IMG/VR virus record: IMGVR_UViG_3300046615_000208
Span: 96,001 to 160,000 of that record
Strand: one strand, 5' to 3'
DNA from: a virus
Taxonomy: Duplodnaviria > Caudoviricetes
DNA length: 64,000 bases
Made by a program: the position numbers and the translations under genes. Shown piece by piece: positions 49,332-58,700 of the stretch (its first letter is position 1; every line of letters starts with the position of its first letter). The notes beneath the pieces are model-generated. The model made no database searches. It saw only the letters and a list, made by a program, of their open reading frames with translations, and was not told the DNA's origin.

Positions 49332-51320
49332 ATGGATAATATCCTATCAAGCCTAGAGCGCATCTCAGAACTTTCTGAGGACGAGCTAAAGAGCCTACAG
49401 GAATCCGTGTTTACCGAATACAAGTCGGTTAAGCCGAAAGACGAGACCGCCTACACCGCAGACACAGTAGCAGCCCTAGAACAGCTTGCAGATGCCAAGG
49501 ACGCGATTACCGCAGAACTGGCAACACGCGCAGAGCAGGCTTCACAGCTTGCAGCAGCCGCAGAAGCAGCAACTTCCCGCCTAGACGCAGCAGAGCCAGA
49601 CTCCGGGTCTGACGATGCCGTAGAGGGCGATCCAGCAGCAGAGGAAGCTCCAGCAGAGGAAGCTCCTGTAGAAGAAGCCCCAGCCGCTGATGAGGAAGAG
49701 AAGAAGAAGGAGGAAGACGACAAGAAGATTGGCGAGTTTGCAGCCGAAGAGCCTGTCGTTGAAGCTCCAGCAGAGGAAGCTCCTGTAGCAGCCGAAGCTG
49801 AGGTCACTACCGATTCCGAAGCCGAAGCAACCGGCAATGTCACTGAGGAAGAGAAGGCAGAGGAAACTCCAGCCGTCGAAGCCGAAGAAGTTGCAACAGA
49901 AGAAACCCCAGAATCCACTGAAGAGGACAAAGATTCCGCTTCAGATGCTACCACAGAAGAAAGCTCGGAGGAAACAGTGACTAACTCAAACCTCAACTCA
50001 TTCTCTGCTCCAGAGGAAAACGCCCCGGTTGTTGAAGTTGCAAAGGCAACCACAACCATTACCGCCAGCGCTGATTTTGACCGTATCACATCCGGTACTC
50101 AGCTAACAAGCCTGCGTCAGGTTGCACAGGGTATCGTTACCAAGCGTAACGCCATCAAGAATGGCATGGGCGCTGACAACGAATACATCAACGTTGCTAC
50201 CATCAACACCGAATTCTCCGCTGATCGCGTTCTTGAGCGCAATGACGCCGAGGGCAACAAGGCCATCATCGACGCAGTCGTCTCCCCTGAGGCACTCGTT
50301 GCTGCCGGTGGTCTGACCGCACCTGTTGAGACCAGCTACGATATCTTCGAGCTTGGCGAGACCGATGCACGTCCAGTACGTGACTCCCTCCCGAAGTTCA
50401 ACGCTGAGCGTGGCGGTATCCGCTTCCTCACCGCTCCGATCATCGATGACCTTGACGGTGCCGTATCCGTATGGACCCTTCAGGACGACATCGATGCCGC
50501 ATCGGCTGGCGCTCCTAACCCGGTCAAGCCTTGCCTCCGCGTTCTTGCAGGAGAGGAAGTCACCGTTCACGTTGACGCCATCCCTCTCTGCTTGACCTTC
50601 GGTAACCTCCAGACTCGTGCATACCCTGAGCTTGTAGAGCGTCACATCAAGCTTGGTATGGTTTGGCACGCACGTTTCGCTGAGCAGAAGCTGCTCACCG
50701 AGATCGGTCGTCTGTCCACTAACATTGCAGTTGGTGCAACTCTGGGTGCCGCTCGCGACATCTTCTCCCAGATCGAAGTTGCTGCCGCAGCTTACCGTAA
50801 CCGTTACCGTATCGCTTCCAACGCGAAGCTCCGCGTAATGTTCCCAGAGTGGTTCCGTAACGCTCTGCGCTCTGACCTCATGAAGCAGCTTCCGGGCGAC
50901 GGTCGTGACGGTACATTCAACCTTGGCGAAGCCGAGATCAACTCATGGTTCGCTTCTCGCGACATTGCAGTTACTTGGTTCATCGATGGCGAAGAGGGCC
51001 AGATTTTCGGCGCTCAGGTAGATGCAACAACTGACGGCGGCACTGGCGTTGTCACTCCTGCTGCACTGCTTGCCTTCCCTGATACTCTGGTATGGTACCT
51101 CTTCGCAGAGGGCACCTTCATCTTCCTTGACGCTGGTACACTTGACCTCGGTCTTGTCCGCGACTCCGCCCTCAACGGCACCAACGACTACAAGATTTTC
51201 TTGGAGACATTCGAAGGTGTTGCCAAGGTCGGTCAGGAATCCCTCCGTATCAAGTCTGACCTCTCCATCCGTGGTGCCTCTTCAGGTACCGTTGATGTTC
51301 CGGTGACAAACAGCATCTAA
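49332..51320 (+). CDS. major capsid protein with N-terminal acidic scaffold region
   Basis: GGAGG RBS; highly biased codons; ALVAAGG, RPVRDSLP.F.A.RGG and LDLGLVRDS.LN.TNDY motifs. Confidence 0.85.
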   Translation: MDNILSSLERISELSEDELKSLQESVFTEYKSVKPKDETAYTADTVAALEQLADAKDAITAELATRAEQASQLAAAAEAATSRLDAAEPDSGSDDAVEGDPAAEEAPAEEAPVEEAPAADEEEKKKEEDDKKIGEFAAEEPVVEAPAEEAPVAAEAEVTTDSEAEATGNVTEEEKAEETPAVEAEEVATEETPESTEEDKDSASDATTEESSEETVTNSNLNSFSAPEENAPVVEVAKATTTITASADFDRITSGTQLTSLRQVAQGIVTKRNAIKNGMGADNEYINVATINTEFSADRVLERNDAEGNKAIIDAVVSPEALVAAGGLTAPVETSYDIFELGETDARPVRDSLPKFNAERGGIRFLTAPIIDDLDGAVSVWTLQDDIDAASAGAPNPVKPCLRVLAGEEVTVHVDAIPLCLTFGNLQTRAYPELVERHIKLGMVWHARFAEQKLLTEIGRLSTNIAVGATLGAARDIFSQIEVAAAAYRNRYRIASNAKLRVMFPEWFRNALRSDLMKQLPGDGRDGTFNLGEAEINSWFASRDIAVTWFIDGEEGQIFGAQVDATTDGGTGVVTPAALLAFPDTLVWYLFAEGTFIFLDAGTLDLGLVRDSALNGTNDYKIFLETFEGVAKVGQESLRIKSDLSIRGASSGTVDVPVTNSI

Positions 51321-51374
51321 TCTAGCTTGAACAACGAATACGTAGCTGGACTCAATTTACCCTAAGGATACCAC

Positions 51375-52238
51375 ATGGTACGCAGTAACACAACCATAGT
51401 AGCGACAGAAATGCCGTCAATGGCTCCTTTCGGTATTTTGAGTCCAGCTACTACTCTTAAAGAACTTGATGACTCTTCAACAGCGGGTCTGACATACATC
51501 ATATCTGACGCTGGGCTTCTTGTCAACAACCGCACCATCAATGGTGGCGGCACTGAGACTGAGACAGTTGTCGATAACACTGAGAACAAGCAGACTCACG
51601 GATTCTACTACCCATTCGAGATCGAAGCGTCTTTGACATCTTCGACCATGGGTCGTCGTCCTGAGTCCCTGTATGAGGCCGCGTCAAACGCTCTGGACCT
51701 CGTAGCTCAAAAGGCTATCGAGTCTGAGTTCTGGCACGGCACTATCGCTAAGTCTCTGACCAAGGAAAACGACAACCGTTACCTTTCTCAGGACCATGCT
51801 CTCGATGTTACACCAACTGCTGGTACAGCGGTCAAGGTGCGTTACGGTCAGGCCCTCCTAGAAGAAGCTCTGGCTGAAACACCCCTAAGCGCTGTAGGCA
51901 CCATCCATGCCCCGAAGCTTATTGCCAGTGTTCTCCAGACAGCAAATGACAACGGCGCTCTAAGGACTAACTTGGGCACCTACGTAGTTGCAGGATCAGG
52001 CTATTCGCACATTGGCCCAGACGGAGTACTTGCTCCGACAGGTCGCGCATGGATGTATGCGACAGGGCCAGTCACTGTACACCTTGGCAGTATCAATGTG
52101 GTTCCTGAAAAGATGAACCAGTCTATTGATACAGCTACAAACACCATCACGTACTACGTGAACCGACCAGCCGCTGTTACATGGTCCACCACACATCTTT
52201 ACGCAGTACTCGTTGATCTAACACTAGATTACGCCTAG
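51375..52238 (+). CDS. second capsid protein (candidate pentamer or decoration protein)
   Basis: Directly after MCP; T.LGT.VV.GSGY and WMYATGPV motifs. Confidence 0.55.
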   Translation: MVRSNTTIVATEMPSMAPFGILSPATTLKELDDSSTAGLTYIISDAGLLVNNRTINGGGTETETVVDNTENKQTHGFYYPFEIEASLTSSTMGRRPESLYEAASNALDLVAQKAIESEFWHGTIAKSLTKENDNRYLSQDHALDVTPTAGTAVKVRYGQALLEEALAETPLSAVGTIHAPKLIASVLQTANDNGALRTNLGTYVVAGSGYSHIGPDGVLAPTGRAWMYATGPVTVHLGSINVVPEKMNQSIDTATNTITYYVNRPAAVTWSTTHLYAVLVDLTLDYA

Positions 52239-52255
52239 ACTAGGAGAATAACCCA

Positions 52256-52939
52256 ATGGCACAAGATTACGCATCTTCCATCATGGGTGTTGCGATTAGG
52301 GTCAGCCGACTCACTCCATCCGGAGCTATCGCAACAGGAGCAAACGCTTCATACGTCACTTCAAAGTTCGTATCCCTTTCTTTCACACCTGAATTTGAAG
52401 CCGGTGACGAGTTCACCCAGAAGGCAGCAGACGGTAGCGTTTGCTCGTCCCTCAAGGCTCCTGATACACTAAAGCGCGTCAACATCTCCATTGCTCTCTG
52501 TGACCCGGACCCCGAGTTTACAGAAATCATTGCCGGTGGTACCCTACTTACCGAGGTAGATGGCGCAGACACCAAGACCGTTGGTTGGAAGGCCCCTCTC
52601 GTAGGTGTCGATGCTACTCCTAACGGTGTCGCTATCGAGGTTTGGTCCAAGGCTGTTGCAGGCGGTAAGGTTTCTGGCATTAACCGCTACTTCCACTGGA
52701 TTTTCCCTTACGCACAGATGCACATCTCCGGTGACCGAGTAATCGAAAACGGTATGATGGCAACTAACTTCGAAGGCTGGGCTGTCGGTAACGCCACATT
52801 CAGCACTTCCGTCACTGCTCTGACAGGCACCAAGCCTTCACCGGCATGGGCGTACACCACTGAATCCCCGATTGCCTACGCCCGAGTAGATGCAGCCCCA
52901 GCGGTTCAGGGTTACAACCTCGTTGGCACAGCGGTCTAA
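52256..52939 (+). CDS. major tail protein
   Basis: RVSRL...G, E.GDEF.QK.A.G.VC and GVAIEVWS motifs; terminator follows. Confidence 0.75.
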   Translation: MAQDYASSIMGVAIRVSRLTPSGAIATGANASYVTSKFVSLSFTPEFEAGDEFTQKAADGSVCSSLKAPDTLKRVNISIALCDPDPEFTEIIAGGTLLTEVDGADTKTVGWKAPLVGVDATPNGVAIEVWSKAVAGGKVSGINRYFHWIFPYAQMHISGDRVIENGMMATNFEGWAVGNATFSTSVTALTGTKPSPAWAYTTESPIAYARVDAAPAVQGYNLVGTAV

Positions 52940-53043
52940 TAGTAGCTCGTAGCTAAATAAGTTCTGGTCGATCCCTTAGGGGGTCGGCCAGACCTGTTTA
53001 TGGGCATGATATAATTGAACCACACCTAAGTAACGGAGACAAA

Positions 53044-53733
53044 ATGGCAAAACTGTGGATAAGCCCTTCGGACACCATTGATCCTACCGGTATGTACACG
53101 GACGAAGCAATTCAAACTGCCAGCACCGTTCTTTACAAATTGACCGGTGAGAAATACCCCGGTATTTCCACTTCAACCGATGCAATTACCTCCACCGCAT
53201 ACACAAACATGATGACTACCCCGCAGGTTATCCGTGGCCAGATGTACAATCTACCACGAGCAACCATGGGCGGTCAACGTGAACTGAATCTCAGGCAAAA
53301 ACCTGTACTTGCAGTGGAATCCGTGTATGCCAATGGTGTATTGCTCGATCCTTCCCAATATTCCTTGCGGAACAACGCTTACATTGTCAGGACCGCACCG
53401 TACCAATGGATTCTAAGCCCGACATCCGAGATTATAGTGACCTATAAGCACGGTGCAAGGCCTCCTGTAGCCGGAAAAGCGGCTGCAACAAGGCTTGCTA
53501 ATGAGATTATCCTGTGGTACCTCGGTGACAACCGATGCGCCCTTCCGGAGCGTATCACGTCTGTGGCCCGTCAGGGTATCTCGTATACCATTCTAGACCC
53601 TCAGGACTTCATTAGTCAAGGCAAGACCGGAATCTACTCCGTGGACTCCTTCATTGCAGCCGTAAACCCTGACAAACAGCGTAAGAAGCCAGCAATATTC
53701 CATCCCGGAACCAGAATAGAGAGAATCAACTAA
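53044..53733 (+). CDS. head-to-tail adaptor
   Basis: CALPERITSVARQGIS and G.TGI..VD.FI..VNP motifs. Confidence 0.7.
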   Translation: MAKLWISPSDTIDPTGMYTDEAIQTASTVLYKLTGEKYPGISTSTDAITSTAYTNMMTTPQVIRGQMYNLPRATMGGQRELNLRQKPVLAVESVYANGVLLDPSQYSLRNNAYIVRTAPYQWILSPTSEIIVTYKHGARPPVAGKAAATRLANEIILWYLGDNRCALPERITSVARQGISYTILDPQDFISQGKTGIYSVDSFIAAVNPDKQRKKPAIFHPGTRIERIN

Positions 53734-53734
53734 T

Positions 53735-53989
53735 ATGTCTACTTCACACAACCCGTACGCACCGCGTGTAAAGGCCCCAGAAGCCGCTGTAGAAGCCGAA
53801 AAGACCGAAGAGGTCCAAGAGTCCGTCGAGACCGCCCCAGAGCCTCAGGGAGTACCTGACGGCCCTGCCGCAGAAGTTCTAGAATGGGTTGGCGACGACA
53901 AGGACCGCGCCAAGAAGGCACTTGAAGCTGAGGAAGCAGGCCAGCAGCGTGTAGGCCTCACCAAGAAGCTCAAGGAACTAGCAGAATAA
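53735..53989 (+). CDS. small virion-associated hypothetical protein
   Basis: EVLEWVG.D..RA..AL..E motif. Confidence 0.7.
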   Translation: MSTSHNPYAPRVKAPEAAVEAEKTEEVQESVETAPEPQGVPDGPAAEVLEWVGDDKDRAKKALEAEEAGQQRVGLTKKLKELAE

Positions 53990-53996
53990 GGTCACC

Positions 53997-54572
53997 ATGC
54001 CTGAACTAAATGACATAATTGACATGGCCCAACACTTGTTGGACACAATCAATCGCGTCTACGCAGATGCAGGCCTTGAAGCCCCTGACCGCCAGTACTA
54101 TGTTATTGGCGGTCAGGGACAGACAGTGCATGATTGTGAACAAGTAACAGTATCTTGGGACCAAGCATATTCGGGAATCCCAGCTAATGAAGCGGCAGTA
54201 CCTGTCGTCTGCGATACCATGCACACAGCAAGCTTTATTGTGGAGGTTGTTAGAAGGGTAAATACCGCTCGAACACCGGAAGACCCGATGGCATTGCCAA
54301 ATCAGCAGACTACAAAAAATCTCCCCGGAAGATACGCAGGCGGAACGCTTGGACAGGCCGAAGTACCTACGCCTGAAGACTTTATTAGGGAAGCGCGAGT
54401 ACAAATGCAGGACGCGATCCTGCTTTTGAGGGCTGGGCTTTTGGCTGGAGAGTCTACAACTCTTGGTACCTCCATTGTTGATGTCTCCGCAGGCTCTCCA
54501 AGTGGCGGCTATCAGGCCACCATCATGAATTACACAGCAGCATTCGGCTTCGACCCGATGATGATGCTGTAA
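53997..54572 (+). CDS. tail terminator/completion-like protein
   Basis: Position; DCEQ.TV.. Confidence 0.5.
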   Translation: MPELNDIIDMAQHLLDTINRVYADAGLEAPDRQYYVIGGQGQTVHDCEQVTVSWDQAYSGIPANEAAVPVVCDTMHTASFIVEVVRRVNTARTPEDPMALPNQQTTKNLPGRYAGGTLGQAEVPTPEDFIREARVQMQDAILLLRAGLLAGESTTLGTSIVDVSAGSPSGGYQATIMNYTAAFGFDPMMML

Positions 54573-54575
54573 ATC

Positions 54576-54959
54576 ATGGCCACATTTCATCCTGACCGCA
54601 CAGCGATGCGGCACATGCTACGTGGTCCGGGTGGGCTGGTATACAACGAGATACACAAGCGCACCCGACGCGCTAATACCTTTGCAAAGGCACAGGTAGG
54701 TAAGGATACAAGAGAACTTTACCGTTCCATCAGTTACAGAATTACCGCTGGATCAGGGAATGTTCTAGGCGTGGTAAGTGCAAATAACAAAATTGCGCTC
54801 ATGCACCACAATGGTACGCGTCCGCACATCATTGCGGCTCGTAATGCACAAACACTGCGCTTTAAATCTCGTGGTAAAATAGTATATGCAAAGGTTGTTC
54901 GTCACCCCGGAACTCGTCCAAACCGATTCCTCACCGACAGCCTTCACAAAGTAGTTTAA
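54576..54959 (+). CDS. HK97 gp10-like tail completion protein
   Basis: Basic; H.GTRPH.I and V.HPGTRPN.FL motifs. Confidence 0.7.
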   Translation: MATFHPDRTAMRHMLRGPGGLVYNEIHKRTRRANTFAKAQVGKDTRELYRSISYRITAGSGNVLGVVSANNKIALMHHNGTRPHIIAARNAQTLRFKSRGKIVYAKVVRHPGTRPNRFLTDSLHKVV

Positions 54960-54981
54960 TTGACGCTAATTAAGGAATGAC

Positions 54982-55314
54982 ATGGCAGCACGCAGAACAG
55001 TAAAGTCTTTTACCTCTTCTAAGGAAAAGGCAGTTGTAGCACCGATTGAGTTCGAGCTTGAGGGTGAAACCTTTGAAGCTTACGGACAGGTTCCCGGTGC
55101 GGTACTCTTGGAGTTTATCGCCGCATCCGCAGGAGAGGACTCCAACGGAACAGCAGGCGCAATTCTCGCCTATCTGAAGAGTTCCATGAATAAAGAGAAT
55201 CACAAGCGATTCGACACGCTAATCCATGATCCTGAGAAGGCCATCGAGCTACAGGTCCTTGCCGATATCGTCGCCCACCTTGTAGAAGAGCGTTCTTCGC
55301 GCCCTACCGAGTAG
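54982..55314 (+). CDS. tail assembly chaperone
   Basis: Upstream of tape measure; ends ..RPTE. Confidence 0.7.
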   Translation: MAARRTVKSFTSSKEKAVVAPIEFELEGETFEAYGQVPGAVLLEFIAASAGEDSNGTAGAILAYLKSSMNKENHKRFDTLIHDPEKAIELQVLADIVAHLVEERSSRPTE

Positions 55315-55337
55315 TCATAGGCGTTGGTCAAGATTTC

Positions 55338-55679
55338 TTGAGGTGGTGGCCGTATCATTACGGCCACTATCTTCTTGAAAAAGGTATTGACCTCTTGGAA
55401 CTGTTCAACACACATGATACCCAGCAGGTATTCGATATGATCGATAGCCTGCTCATTACGGACAGTGTCTATGACGATGCAAATGAGGGTAGAGTTGTTA
55501 AGCGCCGTGCACAGCTAAACAAAGAATATGGTAGAATAGGTACTGCCATAGATGACGATTTCGCTGCAAAGAACGGCGCAACCGGGGCACTTGATGAACT
55601 TGAACCTAACGAAGACGGCTCCCTTCCGGGACTCGAAGGTATCCCCATGATGGGCGAGTTCTCTCCCCACCCCGAATAA
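55338..55679 (+). CDS. tail assembly chaperone C-terminal extension (probable -1 frameshift product)
   Basis: -1 frame open from within the TAC 3' end; weak TTG start. Confidence 0.55.
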   Translation: MRWWPYHYGHYLLEKGIDLLELFNTHDTQQVFDMIDSLLITDSVYDDANEGRVVKRRAQLNKEYGRIGTAIDDDFAAKNGATGALDELEPNEDGSLPGLEGIPMMGEFSPHPE

Positions 55680-55706
55680 GTCTATGATGAAAGTGAAGTG
55701 GTTTGG

Positions 55707-58700
55707 TTGGCCATTATCGGTAGTGCGTCTATCCAAATCCGCGCAGACGACAAGTTTTTTGAAGCGGATGTACAACGCGCAGTCAAGCGCATCAAAAATG
55801 TTGCTATCCAGCTAAAAGCTGACGTAGACCTCACAAAAGCCTCGAAGAAAATCCGTGATCTTAGGTACCGCATCACTTCCAAGGATGCGGTACTTAAGAT
55901 TGACGCAAACGTAGCCAAGGCAGAAGAAAAGCTGGCACGTCTTCTCGCTAAGTTCATCGACAAAGACTTGAACTTCAATGTGGTCGCAAACACACAAGGC
56001 GCAAACACTGCCTTGCGCCAACTTGACGAACGCTATAGAAATAGAAGAATCCCCTTCACCGCGCAAGCTGACACTGCCGCTGCGCGTGCGCAACTAGCAT
56101 GGGCCGCTCGTAACCGCAGTGTGGGATTCACGGCGCACCTTGACCCGTCCACACGCAGGGCACTCCAAGGTATGTTCAATACCTTGACAGGAACTCTTCC
56201 GTTTGAGAAGATCAAGGGTGCCATTACGGGTATGGCTGCTAACTTTGAAGGCCTTGCCGTCAAGGGTTCCGCAGCAGTCGCCGTGATCGGTAACCTCGCT
56301 GCTGAGGTTCTGACCTTGGGTGCCAACATCCTGAGTATCGGTGGTGACGTAACCCAGCTTGTGGGACTCGCCGCCCTGCTCCCTGCTGCCTTCGGGTCGA
56401 TGGCCTCTATGATGGTCGTCAACAAGATGGCATGGAATGACTTTGGTGATGCCCTCACAGGGACCGGTAAGAAAGCCTCCCAAGCACTAGCTAAGCTCAA
56501 CCCTATCGCAAAAGAAGCTGTACTGGGACTCAAGGGAACATGGACCGCGATCCAGAAGCCTGTCCAGAATGCCTTCTGGACCAAGATGGGCACCTCCCTT
56601 CAGGACACCGTTCATAAGCTCCTGCCGTCCCTAAAGACTGGTCTCTCCGGAATTGCAAGCTCCATGGGTGGGCTTACAAGGGAGACCCTTCTAGCATTCG
56701 GTAAGCTCTCTGACGGAACCCTCAACAAAATGATGGGGAACCTTGCCAAGGGTCTTTCCAATCTCCAGCCAGCAGTCCAGCCGTTTATAGGCGCACTGAA
56801 CACGCTCGGAGAAGTCGGTACCACTTACCTCCCTCAGTTCGGTACATACCTTGCGGACGCCTCAAAGCACTTCGCCAGCTTCATCGACAACGCTGAGAAG
56901 ACCGGACAAATCAACGTCTGGATTGAAACCGGTGTTAAGAGACTACAGGAACTTGGCTCAATTGCCAAATCGACTGCCGGATTCTTCACAGGTCTGACCA
57001 ATGCTGCCCGAATGTCAGGGGCACCGGGACTCACCGAAATGGCAGCGGGTATGGAGAACCTTGCCGCCGTCGCCAACGACGAGCCTTTCCGTTCCCGTCT
57101 TGTTGCCATCCTTGAGGGTGCCCGTGAGGGTGCCGAAAAGCTGGGTGCAGGCTTCAGGACGCTGACCGATTTTGTCTCGAAGTCGGCACCGGCTATTGGG
57201 CTGTTCCTTTCTGCTGCCGGTAGGGTCGGCCAGCTTACTTTCGAGAACATCACCGGACTGTTTGACGGCACCGGCCTAGGCAGTGGCCTCATGGACGCTG
57301 TTGGTGGTCTTGGGGATGCCATGGAGTTGATGAAGCCCGGATTCAAGGACTTGGGGTCGCTTCTTGGTGACCTCGGAGAAATCGCGGGTGAAGTCCTCCG
57401 CAACATGGCTCCCGGCCTAAACCAGCTTTTCTCTACACTTGGTGGCGTAATTGCTGGTTTCAAGGACGGCGTCATGAACGCCATGCCTGTCTTCAACGAG
57501 TTCATTCAGGCTATGATGGGTCTGGCTTCTGGTCCAATTGTAGCCCTCGCAGAGACACTTGGCAACCTCCTTACTGGCTTCTCACAGCTTCCCGGAGGAA
57601 TCCAGACTGTCATCATGTCCATCGGGCTATTCCTGCTCCTGAAGCCTAAGCTCATGAACATGTTCACCGGCTTCGCGGCATCAGCTTCCTCAGCATTCAA
57701 AGGACTCGCTACCACTGTGGATTCCGAAGGCAACCGCACTTCTACCGCCTTCGGTAAAAACATGGACAAGATTAAAACCGCGTGGGGGTCTGTAAGCACG
57801 GCCTTTAACAACCCTAGTGTAGGTAACGGTCCCGTCCGACAAATGGACAGGATTGCGGCAGGCGCGGGGCAGGTTAGGAGTGCCCTAGGGACCACAGCTA
57901 ACCAAGGACTCCGTGGTGCCGCGAACGGTGCCATAGGTCTGCTTGGTGGCCCATGGGGTGCCGCGCTTGCTGTTGCCGCTGTCGGTATCGGTATCTTTGC
58001 CGAACATCAGGCAAATGCCAAGGCTGAAGTTGACGCCCTTGCTGGTGCTTTGAACCAGCAGACCGGAGCCTTTACCTCTGCTGGTAAGGGTCTGGTAATG
58101 GACAAGGTAATGGATGTCAAGGCGAACTGGTGGGACGACTTCAACCGTCTTGGTCAGAAGAACATGAAGGAGTTGGTGGCAGCAACTCACATGAATATGA
58201 CTGATGTCGCCAACACGCTGGGTGATCCGAAGGGTAGGGACGAATATCTCAAGAACTGGGACGCGCTCGTAAATGCCGCCGGTGAGGGAAATGATGTCAC
58301 CGACCAAATGGCAGCTTCTGTCCATATGACGAAGGAGCAGTTCGCAGGTCTCTCCGAGATAAACCTTCAAGACATCAACGGCCAGATGAAGAAGGGTGCC
58401 GAGCTTGCAAAGCAGGCCGAAGAGAAGGTCAAGGGTGTCGCTGATGCAATGCAGGTCAACACCATCGTTGCAGGCCAGTTGTCCAAGAACTATGACATCC
58501 TCTCTGACTCAACGTCAAGTGCGGATGCAAAGTTTGGTGCCCTAAAACAGAACCTCGACCTACTCAACGGTAGCCAACTCACCGCACGTGCGTCCAGCCG
58601 AGATTACCAGCAGAGTTTGGCGAACACTGGCGACGAAATCAAGCGCCTTGTCACCGAGAACCATGGAGTCATCGACTCCACTGGTAAGATCGATGCTGCC

